A stretch of 64,000 nt of DNA from Candidatus Marinacidobacterales bacterium (GCA_965224085.1 CBDCYI010000009.1:416001-480000); one strand, 5' to 3'. Shown: positions 28,689 to 39,425, counted from the first letter of the stretch. Translations and numbers: made by a program. The notes: a model not told the origin generated them from the sequence alone.

Positions 28689-30491
28689 CTAGCGATTCGT
28701 CGGCACCCGTCGTTGCAGCTGCTTGAGCCAGCCGGTCGCGACTTTCAAGCGCGCTTTCGATTCGCTCCCGGGAAGAATCATCAGGAACCGCTGCCCGTCC
28801 GGAGCGACGTCGTATGATGGATTGCCATAAGCGTTCGTGCGATAGACTCCCTCGAACAACACTTGTGGCTCCCCCACCTCGAGCTCGGGCTCCGACGCGA
28901 TGGAAACCCTCATCAACCAGCTCCCCTCTCGATAGAAGAGCTCCGAGCCGTCTGGCCCCCAGACTGCCTCGGCCCCGCCCGCGGTCGTGATCTGGACCGG
29001 CTCACCGGGCCCGGGAAACGGGAGCAGGTAGACCTCATTCCGGCCGGAGCGGTTCGACACGAAGGCAATCCATCGGCCGTCCGGCGAGAACATGGGGGCT
29101 AGCTCGTTGAAGGGAGTCACCACGAGAGGTCTCGGTTGACGCTCACCCTCCATGGGAAGGACCCAGATATCCCGTTGCGTGGACGGATGGACTTCGTACA
29201 ACGCGAGGAACCGGCCGTCGCGCGACCACGAACCGGGTACCTGTTGGTTGTCTCGAGACAGGAGCTTTTCGGTAGCGCCTCCCTCCACCGCTCTCGAATA
29301 GAGACCCAGGCTTCCTTCCCGCTCCGAGTTGAACGTCACCCGCTTCCCGTCCGGCGTCCAGGCCGGGAAGAGGTTCTCGCCCTCGTACGTGGGAATCAAC
29401 CGGCGACGTTTCTCCCCCTCGTAGATCCAGATGTCGCGGCGGCCGCTCTCCTCGACGATGCGCACCGCGATCCGTCCGTCCGGGGAAACGCGTGGATACC
29501 AGAAGTCCTGACGGAGATCGGACACCGGCGTCGACTTCCCGCGCCGATCGACCCAGACGAGCAGGTGGTCCGCAGCTATCCCTCTCTCGACGTAGACGAG
29601 AGCCCCATTGCGAGCGATCGCGAAGTTCGCGACTCCAGAGACCGGATGAGCCGGGACCTTCTGCGGCAACGCCGTCTCGGGGCCGACCACGCGAAGGGCC
29701 TCGAGGTCGAACGGAACCGCAAAGAGTCCCGCGAGCTTTGCGTACACGAGGTGCCCGGTCGGTGCGTAGCGGGCGTCTGTACCTCCGCGAAGAAGCCGTT
29801 TGCGCTCCCCCGTTTCGAGGGAGAGCACTGCGATGGGCGCGTCCTTCGCCTCGTAGCTTCCCCATACGGTGAACAGAACGTTCTTTCCGCCCGGCAGGAT
29901 TTCGGGCCAACGGTGACTGTGCTCACCCTGATCGGATTCGGGAGTTGTCAGTACCGTGGGCGCACCTCCATCTGCGGAGACTCGATGGAGGCCCGACGCA
30001 CCACTGGGAGCGAACACGATGTAGTCGTCAGGGCCCCAGGCCGCGCCCCGGCTGTCGGCAGGCGCCTGGCAAATCGTATGGGACGACCCTCGGGTCAGCT
30101 CGATCTTTCTCAGCTCGCCGTCGGCAAAGAAACCGATCCACTTGCCATCGGGAGAGAAGAACGGATTTTGGGCTCCCTCGCTGCCGGGAATCGGGCGGGC
30201 ATCGAAACGATCGAGCTCTCCGACGTAGAGCCGTGTCGATCCGTGCTCGAAAGCAGCAACGACCAAAAGCGCCCCGTCCGGCGAGATGGCCAGAGGCCGG
30301 GAGGATCCCGTTTGCAGGGAGCTGACGTTCAGCTCGATCACGGAGCCTCCTGAAGTTTGTACCGGTGACGCCAGGACATGGCCACCCAGAAACGCTGCCC
30401 CCACGGCCATTGCCAGAGGACTCCGGCCGTTTTTTCCTCCCCGAAGGGGCTTTTCCTGTCCGCGGCGAAGCTCACGGCTCGTCAAACCCAT
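28689..30491 (-). CDS. TolB-like PD40 beta-propeller protein (resembles the extracellular part of acidobacterial Ser/Thr kinases; no kinase domain)
   Basis: Repeated SPDG/PDG motifs (ISPDG, FFSPDGKWIGF, FSPDGRWIAF, YDVAPDGQRFLM). Start uncertain. Confidence 0.8.
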   Translation of the reverse strand: MGLTSRELRRGQEKPLRGGKNGRSPLAMAVGAAFLGGHVLASPVQTSGGSVIELNVSSLQTGSSRPLAISPDGALLVVAAFEHGSTRLYVGELDRFDARPIPGSEGAQNPFFSPDGKWIGFFADGELRKIELTRGSSHTICQAPADSRGAAWGPDDYIVFAPSGASGLHRVSADGGAPTVLTTPESDQGEHSHRWPEILPGGKNVLFTVWGSYEAKDAPIAVLSLETGERKRLLRGGTDARYAPTGHLVYAKLAGLFAVPFDLEALRVVGPETALPQKVPAHPVSGVANFAIARNGALVYVERGIAADHLLVWVDRRGKSTPVSDLRQDFWYPRVSPDGRIAVRIVEESGRRDIWIYEGEKRRRLIPTYEGENLFPAWTPDGKRVTFNSEREGSLGLYSRAVEGGATEKLLSRDNQQVPGSWSRDGRFLALYEVHPSTQRDIWVLPMEGERQPRPLVVTPFNELAPMFSPDGRWIAFVSNRSGRNEVYLLPFPGPGEPVQITTAGGAEAVWGPDGSELFYREGSWLMRVSIASEPELEVGEPQVLFEGVYRTNAYGNPSYDVAPDGQRFLMILPGSESKARLKVATGWLKQLQRRVPTNR

Positions 30492-30934
30492 CCCTCTTCC
30501 GCGATGACGGACGTCTGCAACGTAGCCATGAGCATGAGCAGGACGATGGCTAGAGTTCCCAGGCACTCCCAACTCTGCCGCATGGGCTTCTCCTTTCCGG
30601 ACCGGGCGCTCAAGCTTGCAAACACCTGGTAGCGTATATTAGCCCCGATCGGAAATAAAGTCTCTATTCGACAGGCCGTAATGGAAGAATTTCGGATCTA
30701 CCTCGAGAAGCGGAGACGCTCGCCGTTCGGGAGCTTGGCACGATCGGACCGAGTGGCGCCTCCCAACCACATATCGACCTGGCGATCGGACGGCGCCGCC
30801 ATCTTCTTCGTCGCCGACCCCGACGACTGTTATCGCCTCGACGAGCTGATTGGGAAACGGAGACGATCTCCTTTCGCGGCCGGTGAGAGGGTCACACTCC
30901 GACCGCTCGCGCTAATGACGTCCCGGCCCGGGGG

Positions 30935-31230
30935 TCAGAACGGCTCGTCGCCGGCGACGGTCGTGCGGTACATACGCGCCGGTACCTCTCTTCGTCGAAG
31001 GGCGTGGCGCAATGCATGGTCGAGCGGTTGTCCCACAGGATGGCGTCGCCCACCCTGCACTTGTGCCGGTAGACGAAGCGTGACTGGATGGCGAACTCCC
31101 GGAGCTCACGAATCAGGGCCCGACCTTCTTCTTCGTGCATTCCCACGATCTCCCAGGCGACGTTGAGCCCCTCGATCTTCCGCTTCGTCACCTCGGGCAG
31201 TGCGTCGTAGGCGGCGAAGAGATTGGTGAA
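30935..31230 (-). pseudogene. TauD/TfdA dioxygenase 3' remnant, truncated by the IS91-like end
   Basis: FTNLFAAYDALP and YRHKCRVGDAILWDNRSTMH motifs; internal deletion. Confidence 0.75.
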
Positions 31231-32606
31231 AGAATAGGAAAAATAACGCTGGTCGAGCGCGCGAAGATTAGTCGAAAGTTCGTTTGCAGGGGCTGCGGGC
31301 CGTGAAAAGGTGAAGGCCGTTGTGAGCGGAGGGATCGTTGAGCGACTAGCCGGACGAAAAAAAGGGGTTGTTGCGTGAAGTTGGACGCAGGAAGATCGTT
31401 TGAACGAGGAGCGAGACAAGCTCGGCTCTCGCGCCGTGGAAAGCGGAGTCAAAGTTCTAGGGGGGGGAGGAGCGCGAGCGTCCCGTCGGTTCAAGTGTTC
31501 GACAATTTTGGTAATCACCTTGGGATCGGTGATGAAGGCAAGGACGCGAAAACTTCCGCCGCAATCGCAAAGGAGCGGGTCGGTCTTGAAAACCCTCTGA
31601 GTCGCGCTCGTCCGGAGATTCAGGTCCAATTTTGAGATTGTCCTGTTTTCTCAGAGCACGCGCCCTGGAGGAATAGAAGCCGTAGTAATGGATGTTATGT
31701 TTTCGAGGCTCTGGGATCTGGATGATGACGCGAGCGATAAATTCGAAGACATCGAAGGTCTCCCCATCGGGATGGTTGAGCAAACTCAACTGGGGGTCGT
31801 CGTGCGAGGATTTTCCTTGGTAGAAAAGGGTGCGTGCGCCGGGGGTCCAATGGATGCGGGACAAAGAGAGGGGGCACCGTAACATGTAGCGGCCGATTCT
31901 CTCGAGTCCTTCGGAGTCTTGAGGCCAAACGGTGGGAGACGTGTCGACGGAGAAACCTGAATGTCGAAACGAATCGAGTAGGTCTATGCGTTGTTCACCC
32001 AAGAGGTCTTTGCTCTTCAGCAAGCGAATGATCTTGAAGCGAAACAATTTTTCCGCAGCGTTGGTGTCGATATAAGGAACTGGGAGCCATTGTCCCAGAG
32101 CATTCCAAACACCTCTGGAAGCAAGGCAGTGGCAATGTGGATGGGGTTGCAGCACGGAGCCAAAGGTCTGAGGGACAAGAGACGACGCCGGGCCGAGCGC
32201 TGTCGTCGCCTGTGGCGTCGCCCATCAACTCGTTGATTGTTTCGTAGGCGAGCCGTGCGAGCTCGGCGAGAAGCTCCCGATTTCTCATGAAGAAGGCCCG
32301 CAGCATTTTTGGCACGGTGAACGTCCACATGGTGTGCCCGACGTTTTCGAGCAGCTCGTCTTTGAGAAAGGCGGCGAAAGCGGCCGCACGTTTCGCATCG
32401 CATGACGGACAGACACCCCTTTGTTTGCAACTGAGCGTTAATAATTTTTCCGCACCACATGCGTCGCATCGGAGTCTCGCGAAATGCTTCGACGGTGCCA
32501 CAATCTAGGTAACGCGCGACAACTTGATCGACGAAGCCTCTCCAGAAGCCGTACTTTTTCTCGAAGCATTGCTCCCAGACCGACTTGACGTCCTCGTAGT
32601 AGACGT
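31230..32606 (-). mobile_element. IS91-family (Y2 rolling-circle) element remnant with frameshifted, 5'-truncated transposase
   Basis: Zn-finger CDAC..SCKQRGVCPSC, WTFTVPK, HPHCH (HUH), HSGFSV, RYMLR, and C-terminal DPLLCDCGG..VLAFIT..KIVEHL..RAPP, spread over three frames. Downstream end reads TTTTTCCTATT. Confidence 0.85.
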
Positions 32607-32611
32607 CGCGG

Positions 32612-32660
32612 CAGGTGTCAACCAGGGTTGACGCCTGGGTGTCCGCCCGGACACCTAGGC
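32612..32660. repeat. Two overlapping GC-rich hairpins (REP-like)
   Basis: CAGGTGTCAACC-AG-GGTTGACGCCTG and GCCTGGGTGTCC-GCCC-GGACACCTAGGC, each with one G-T wobble. Confidence 0.6.
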
Positions 32661-32835
32661 CGGCGGAGCCGCGCTGTTGAGGGTGTGCTCGACGAGTTTA
32701 CCTAGAAGCCTGAACACGGAGGTGGGGAACATACGGATTGGAAGAGGATCGGCCCGGAACGGATCGAAGCTCCACTCCGGCGAGAATTCGACCCTAGGAA
32801 TCGCCGCACCGCTGGGCGCCCGCCTGGGTGACGAG

Positions 32836-33417
32836 CTACTCCAGTGCTTCGTATGGCTGCGCTCCAACAACACCCCGGTCACCCACGACGAATGTCGGAA
32901 CGCCGGTCACGCCGAGCTCAGCCGCGCGCGCCCAATCGCGGTCGACAGCGCTCTTCATGCGTCGCTCTGCGATCACCTCCCGCGCGTCTTCCGGTGAGAG
33001 TCCGAGCGATCCAGCGATCTCGACCAACCGGTCGGCGTCCGCCACGTTGATGCGGTCGACGAAGTAAGCTTTGAAAAGAGCGTCGTGTATGGCGGCGCCG
33101 CCCGGTTGCACCTCTGCCCATTTAGCCAGCTCTTGGGCGAGCCTGCTGTTATAGGTGTGGGTTCGCGTGCCGAACGGCAGTCCTTCCGCCTTCATCAGCT
33201 CGGCGAGGCGCCTCTGCGCAGCGTCGAGATCGAAGCCGCGACCGGCGAAGAGCTGCTCGAGCGTCGACCCCTCCTCTGGAGTCTCCGGGTGAAGCGGAAA
33301 CTGCATGAACTTGACGTCGACGGCGTAACTTTCGGCGATGCGGTCAATACGCACGGTACTGAGGTAGCACCAGGGTCAGATGTAGTCGGAGAAGACTTCG
33401 AAAACGATGCGGGACAT
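32836..33417 (-). CDS. DsbA/FrnE-family thiol-disulfide oxidoreductase selenoprotein (UxxC)
   Basis: ATG 33417 MSRIVFEVFSDYI-TGA-PWCY is in frame with ORF 32836-33354 (FPLHP, NSRLAQEL, GVTGVPTF, VGAQP). The TGA at 33378-33376 occupies the first Cys position of CPWC. Confidence 0.85.
33344..33362 (-). promoter_or_regulatory. Bacterial SECIS-like hairpin
   Basis: mRNA UCAGUAC-CGUGC-GUAUUGA forms a 7-bp stem with a G-containing loop, starting 13 nt after the UGA. Confidence 0.65.
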
Positions 33418-33433
33418 GTGTGGGCCTCTCGAG

Positions 33434-34933
33434 CTACTTCAGCGTCATCGGGTCGCGAAGCGGAATATGCGTCACCTCGCCGCCGAAAAACTCCGCCATC
33501 GTGGCCCGGTCATCGGGATCGCCGGGCGCGATCTCGTCCCACTTGCCTACAACGAGAAAGACGATTTCATCAGGTTTTAGGTACTTCTCGGCGACTCGCA
33601 AGACATCCTCCGCGGTGACGGCGCGGATCTGGTCGCGCCACTTTTGCCAATAGGTGTGCGAACGATCGAGATAGGCGTCGGTCGCGAATATGTTGACCCG
33701 CTGACCCGCGGATTCGAACCGTCTTGGGAACGTGTCCGCGAGAGAGTTCTTCGCGACCGAAAGCTCGTCGTCGCTCACGAGCTCGCTCTGCATGCGCCGG
33801 ACTTCTTCGAGCGCGATCTTAGCGGCGAGCGCGACGGTGGGGCTTTTTGATTGAAAAGAGATCCTGAACACGCCTGGCTCGATGGCGTCGAAACCGAATC
33901 GAGCGCCCGCGGAATAAGCGAGTCCCTCATCCGAGCGCACGCGCTTCATGATGCGCGACGTGAACCCGCTGCTGCCGAGGATGTGCTCCATGACTTGTAT
34001 AGGCGCGCGATCGGGGTTCTCCCAATCGGTCCATTGCGGCACGAGATGTCCAATCAAGATCTTTCCTTGAGGAATGTCTTTTTCGACGCGGTACACGCCA
34101 GGCGTAGGGCGTTCGGTCGGAAGAGGTGGCGGCCACTTGGCGTCGCCGCCTTGACCTGGCCAATCGGCGAGATAGCTTTCGAGCTTGGGCAGAAGCGTTG
34201 CGGCGTCGATGTCACCCGACACCGCGATAATCATGTTCTCCGGCCGCCAATACTTCTCGTGAAAGTCCGCGAGATCGGCACGGGTGATGTTCTCGAGGTT
34301 CGCTTGCGTCATACGGCGGCTCGAATAGTGATCCTTGCCGTAGAGTAGAAAATTCCATTCGCGCCGCAGGATATCCCCCCCGTCATCGTTGCGCTGGCCC
34401 ATCGCTTCGAGAATGCTTCCTTTCTCGATGGCGAGGCGTCCTTCATCGAAGCGTGGGGTTCGGAGCACGTCGAAAAACAGATCGAGAGACGCGTCCAGTG
34501 CGGGCGTAATGCTGCGGAGATTGGCCCCCGCCTGCGAATCGCCTCCAAAGCTCGAAATGCTGGATGCGAGAAACTCCACCTCTTCGTCGAAGGTGTCCGG
34601 CGTCATCCTCTCGGTGCCGCCCGAGCGCATCATGCTCCCCGTCAAGCTCGCGAGCCCAACTTTGTCCGGCGGTTCCAGATAGCTACCTTGGCGCAGGATC
34701 ACGCGGAGGCTCACGAGCGGGAAAGTGTGGTCTTCCGCGAGATAGACTTGAACGCCGTTCGACAACACGTGCCGAAAAGAATTCCCATCGGGCACCTCGA
34801 AGCTCAGCTCGTCATAGGCGAGCTGTTCGGGGCGAGCGGGGATATCGTGACCATCGTCGCGCACCGGCATCGGCTGGGCGCCCGCCAAAGTCGTCAACAG
34901 AAGAACGAGACCAAAGCTCCATCGCGTCATCAT
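33434..34933 (-). CDS. M16 (pitrilysin/insulinase) family, non-catalytic subunit
   Basis: LSNGVQVYLAEDH, GLASLTGSMMRSGGT (no HXXEH) and GFTSRIMKRVRSDEGLAYS motifs; signal peptide; overlaps the upstream stop. Confidence 0.88.
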   Translation of the reverse strand: MMTRWSFGLVLLLTTLAGAQPMPVRDDGHDIPARPEQLAYDELSFEVPDGNSFRHVLSNGVQVYLAEDHTFPLVSLRVILRQGSYLEPPDKVGLASLTGSMMRSGGTERMTPDTFDEEVEFLASSISSFGGDSQAGANLRSITPALDASLDLFFDVLRTPRFDEGRLAIEKGSILEAMGQRNDDGGDILRREWNFLLYGKDHYSSRRMTQANLENITRADLADFHEKYWRPENMIIAVSGDIDAATLLPKLESYLADWPGQGGDAKWPPPLPTERPTPGVYRVEKDIPQGKILIGHLVPQWTDWENPDRAPIQVMEHILGSSGFTSRIMKRVRSDEGLAYSAGARFGFDAIEPGVFRISFQSKSPTVALAAKIALEEVRRMQSELVSDDELSVAKNSLADTFPRRFESAGQRVNIFATDAYLDRSHTYWQKWRDQIRAVTAEDVLRVAEKYLKPDEIVFLVVGKWDEIAPGDPDDRATMAEFFGGEVTHIPLRDPMTLK

Positions 34934-36689
34934 GCACCTCCCTCGAGCTCGGCAATGCGCTCTTCGACGGTGCGTTCGAGGAGCGGTAGGACTTTCTGAA
35001 AGGGTGGCGGCGCTTGCTCGAACTGCGCCGGTAGCTGCTCCAGCATGCCTTTCAGCTCTTCCAAATTCTCGGACGCCCGAATTTGCTCGAGCTGACTCAT
35101 GATGCGTTGCTGCATTTGCGGAGGCAAGCCTTCGAGCTCGGTCGGTATCTCCACCGGCGCCGATCCTTCTTTGCGGTAATAGTGCGCGACGGCTCGGTTC
35201 GACGGCTAGAAATAAGTCGTGGCGACGCGTTTTACGTCGTCGACGGTGACGGTGAGCGTCTTGTCGGCCCACTCATTGATGTAGCCCCAATCCCCGAGCC
35301 CGTCATAAATGAGAAGCTGTAGCAGCAAAAAGAAACCGCTCGCGAGGCGCCTGTAGGAGCTCGCGGTGATCTGGTTCTTGACTTTTTGAATCTCGCGCTC
35401 CGGGATGGGCCCTTCGCGGATCTTCTTGAGCTCTTCTTCGAGCGCGAGCTGGAGCACCGCAGGCGTCGCGTCGCCTTGGTCTCGGCCGCCAGCGAGAACG
35501 AGCCCGCCCACTTTCGCGAGTCCTGACCAGCACCTGCGTCGACGGCAATCTCTTGCTCGAGCACGAGCGATTTATGGAGTCGACCGCTCCGGCCGTTCAG
35601 GATATTGGCGAGAACGTCGAGCGCATAGGAGTCGCGATGGCGAAACGGCACCGTGTGGTAGCGAAGCTCGATTTGCGGCTGGCAGTCGCAAGTGGCGTCC
35701 ATGCGCTTTTCCGCGGATTGCGGCATCTCCAAGGTCACGACGTCCGGTGGCGTGCTCGCGGCCGCGGACAGCCGGCCGAAATAGCGCTCGGCAAGCGTCT
35801 TGGCTTCGGCGATATCGAAGTTGCCGACAATGGCCGCAGTGAGGTTTCCCGGCGCGTAGTACGTGTCGTAATACTCTTGCGCCTGCGCCAAGCTATAGAC
35901 GCGAAGATCGGAAGGCCAGCCGACGACCGGCCAGCTATAAGGATGGGACTCCCAGAACATCGCGCCGAAGAGCTCGTCGAACTCGCCCGTGGGGGTCGAT
36001 TCCGTTCGCAGCCGCCGCTCTTCGTGGACGACATCCCGCTCCGAGTAAAACTCACGAAAGACCGGCTTCAATAGGCGCGTAGACTCCATCCAGAACCACA
36101 GCTCGAGCTTGTTCGCAGGCACCGTGATGAAATAGACGGTGACGTCCTCGCTCGTAAAGGCGTTCATCCCGGATGCGCCCGCTTCCGTGTAGAGCTTGTC
36201 GAACTCGTCCTTCACCATGAGCTCGCGCTGTGCCTCGACGAGCTCGTCAAAGCGGTGCTCGAGCTCGATGAGCTCCGGCGGCCGCGCTTCGGCGTCGAAG
36301 GGATCTTCAATCTCACCGAGGCGGTAGCGCTCACGCTGCTTGCGATAGATCGCGCGGATCTGCTCCTGCACTGTCTCTTGCTCGTCGATGATCTCGAGGT
36401 CGCGCTCGATGTTCGTTGTGCCGATGGCGTGGCTCCCTTTGAACATCATGTGCTCGAAGAAATGGCTCAAACCCGTGATGCCGGGACGCTCGTTCGCCGA
36501 GCCGACATGCGCGACCCAACCGGCGCTCACGGTTGTGAGCTCGGGCCTTGGGACGACGAGAAACTTCATCCCGTTCACGAGCTCGAAAGTCTCGACGGGG
36601 ACTTGGGTAATCTCCTGGCCGCGAGCTTCGAGGGCGACGAGCGCCAAGCATGCGGCAGCGACAATGCGGGGATAGGTCATGACGATCAT
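34930..36689 (-). CDS. M16 peptidase catalytic subunit (frameshifts near 35470 and 35205)
   Basis: GLSHFFEHMMFKG (HXXEH), NAFTS and VHEERR motifs. Continues through ORFs 35206-35511 and 34930-35154. Confidence 0.85.
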
Positions 36690-36955
36690 TCTACTACGCG
36701 GGTGCGGTGCTCTCGGGCTGCCACCTGAAGCATCGAAAATGACGTTTTTTCCGACGGCGCTCGCGCGAAGGCGCTCGCGAAGAGCTCGGCCGTCGAGCGG
36801 CAGGCCGACGTATCACCCGACAGACGGACCACGAATCTCATGCCGTTTGCGTGAGGCGGTTGCGATGATCGTTTCCATGTGCGCGCATCCAAACTAGCAT
36901 GGCAGCTCGCGGGATAGCCGGAGTGGTTCTGTATCGCTGGACGCCGACGGATCCT

Positions 36956-37640
36956 TTACTCTTCGGGGAGGAGCTCGAGCGGGGACGTTTGGGTTGCGGT
37001 TCTCGAGGGCAGCGTGCTTGCTACGACAGCGACGGTCGCGAGTACGACGAGCGAGCCGAGCGCGGATGCAGCATCGAGTACACCGACGCCGAATAGCTGG
37101 CTTTCGAGCATCGGCGCGACGAGTACGAAGCCTACGATGCCTAGGACAGCTCCCGTTATCGTCAAGCGCATTTGAGTCGAAAACCCGTTCCGGCGCCGAC
37201 GGCGGAGACGCCTGGTATGGCTCCGAGCTCGCGAAGGAGCCGCTCGTGGAATCGAAGCATCTTCGCTTCGCTGTCGTAGCGCGCTTCGGGAATCCCGATG
37301 CCGAACGAAACCACGCTCTCGGCCTCGAATCCCGGGTCGACCGCGGCCAGGCGCGAGAAGCTCTTTCCGAGAAGCGTCGTCTGGAGGAGCAAGAGGCCGA
37401 GAGCGACTTGCGCAACGACGAGAACGCTCCGGAGTCGAAGAGCAGACCCATGCGCGAAGCCCTCGGACTTCAATAGGCTCGGGGCAGAGCCGTGTAGGTT
37501 CAACACGAGAGGCACGAGCGAAAAGAGAAGCACGTTCGCGATGGCTGCAGCGAGACCGAAGATCACGCCGATGGGCTCGAGCGCGAGCTCGACTGCTCGC
37601 GACGCTCGTAAGGAAAAAAACGGGGGAGCGTCGGGGCATG
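36956..37640 (-). pseudogene. MacB/FtsX-type (ADOP-like) ABC permease remnant
   Basis: LRSVLVVAQVALG..LLGKSFSRLAAVDPGF and LESQLFGV..D...LPSRTATQTSPLELL fragments joined by deletions. Confidence 0.75.
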
Positions 37641-37709
37641 TCTCTACGGTATCAAATAGTGGGGTACAATCCGGGCGTTCCGACCAGGTGGGAGAACTAG
37701 ACTGACTAG

Positions 37710-39404
37710 ATGAAGCATGTCCACAAAAACTTAGCCGTCGTCACAGCGTTGGCTCTCGTTGGCGCGAGCTACGCTATCGCCGAGAACGCGCCGATCCGAG
37801 CGAAAAATGGGATGGTCGTCTCTCAGAACGAGCTCGCCTCGCAAGTTGGGGTCGACGTCATGAAGGACGGCGGAAACGCCATTGACGCTGCGGTCGCCAC
37901 CGCTTTCGCCCTCGCCGTGACGCATCCGTCGGCCGGAAATATCGGTGGAGGCGGGTTTCTCGTCTTTCGCCCCGCTGAGGGCGAGCCCATGACCTTCGAT
38001 TTCCGCGAGATGGCGCCTGCCAAAGCCACCGACACGATGTGGCTCGAAAACGGCGAGTACAGCTATGAGCGCCATCACCGCAGCCATCTCTCGGTGGGCG
38101 TCCCCGGTACGGTCGCCGGTCTGCACATGGCCTGGAAGGAGCACGGAAGCTTGCCGTGGGAGCGTCTCGTCGAGCCCGCGGTCCGTCTCGCGACGGAAGG
38201 CTTCGAAGTGACGGATGGTCTCGCGCGCTCGCTCGATCGGACCATGGAGCGCATCGGCAAGTTCCCGGCAACCAAAGCGCAGTTCACGAAAAACGGTGAG
38301 CCCTACGAAGCGGGCGACATCCTGAAGCAGCCTGACCTCGCGGCGACGCTCGTCCGCATCGCGGAAAAAGGAGTGGCCGGGTTCTACGAAGGCAAGACGG
38401 CCGAGCTCATCGAAAAAGAGATGATGGCCAATGGTGGCCTCATCACCCAGGAAGACCTCAAGGCTTACCGGGCGAAAAAGCGCGCGCCGATCCGCGGCAC
38501 CTATCGCGGCTACGAGATCATCTCGATGCCCCCCCCGAGCTCCGGCGGCATCGTGCTCGTCGAGATGCTCAATATCCTCGAACGCTACGACATCGCGAGT
38601 GATGGCTTCGGCTCGGCTCGCAACATGCACCGGATGGCCGAAGCGATGCGACGTGCCTACTCCGATCGCGCGCAATATCTGGGTGACCCGGATTTCAACC
38701 CCGACATGCCGGTCGATCGGCTGACGTCGAAAGCTCATGCCGACGAGCTCCGTAAAACGATCCGCGCCGACAAGGCCTCGAAATCGTCACCGGAAAGCTT
38801 CAACTGGCCAGCGGAGAGCCCCGAGACCACGCATTTCTCTGTAGTGGACTCGGCGCGCAACGCGGTATCGGTGACTTATACACTCGAGTTCGGTTACGGC
38901 TCCGGCATCGTCGTCCCCGGCGCAGGTTTCTTGCTCAACAACGAGATGGGAGATTTCAACGGCGGGCCGGGACTAACGGACGAGAGCGGCCTTATCGGCA
39001 CCAAGCCAAACCTCGCCGCGCCGCACAAACGCATGCTCTCGAGCATGACCCCCACGATCGTCGCCAAAGACGGCAAGCTCCTCATGGTGACCGGGAGCCC
39101 AGGCGGACGCACCATCATTAATACGGTCTTGCAGACCATCTTGAACGTCCTCGACCATGAGATGAACGCCCAAGCGGCGGTTGACGCCGGACGCATCCAC
39201 CACCAATGGCTCCCCGATCACATCCGCTACGAGCACCACGGTTTCTCCCCGGACACCTTGAACATCCTCACTTGGCTCGGCCACGACTTGAGAGAAATCG
39301 CGCGTCAAGGCGTCGCCCAAGTCATCGCCGTAAACCACGAAGACAACATGCTCGAGGGCGGCCTCGACCGCCGGGTCCCCAACGGAGGCGCCGCTACTTA
39401 CTAA
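37710..39404 (+). CDS. ggt: Gamma-glutamyltransferase, exported
   Basis: GGNAIDAAVA, GNIGGGGF, PPPSSGG, ETTHFSVVD (nucleophile Thr), LNNEMGDF, MLSSMTP and GSPGG motifs. Confidence 0.95.
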   Translation: MKHVHKNLAVVTALALVGASYAIAENAPIRAKNGMVVSQNELASQVGVDVMKDGGNAIDAAVATAFALAVTHPSAGNIGGGGFLVFRPAEGEPMTFDFREMAPAKATDTMWLENGEYSYERHHRSHLSVGVPGTVAGLHMAWKEHGSLPWERLVEPAVRLATEGFEVTDGLARSLDRTMERIGKFPATKAQFTKNGEPYEAGDILKQPDLAATLVRIAEKGVAGFYEGKTAELIEKEMMANGGLITQEDLKAYRAKKRAPIRGTYRGYEIISMPPPSSGGIVLVEMLNILERYDIASDGFGSARNMHRMAEAMRRAYSDRAQYLGDPDFNPDMPVDRLTSKAHADELRKTIRADKASKSSPESFNWPAESPETTHFSVVDSARNAVSVTYTLEFGYGSGIVVPGAGFLLNNEMGDFNGGPGLTDESGLIGTKPNLAAPHKRMLSSMTPTIVAKDGKLLMVTGSPGGRTIINTVLQTILNVLDHEMNAQAAVDAGRIHHQWLPDHIRYEHHGFSPDTLNILTWLGHDLREIARQGVAQVIAVNHEDNMLEGGLDRRVPNGGAATY

Positions 39405-39425
39405 ACGCCGGAATTAGTTAGTATT

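Noticed and set aside
28400-28690. Possible riboswitch upstream of the NMT1/THI5-like binding protein
   Set aside because: I could not identify TPP or other riboswitch consensus elements by eye. An Rfam/Infernal scan would settle it.
30681-30900. ORF with duplicated KRRRSPF and a glyoxalase-like IFFVADPD motif
   Set aside because: Too short and degenerate to call; possibly a VOC-family remnant.
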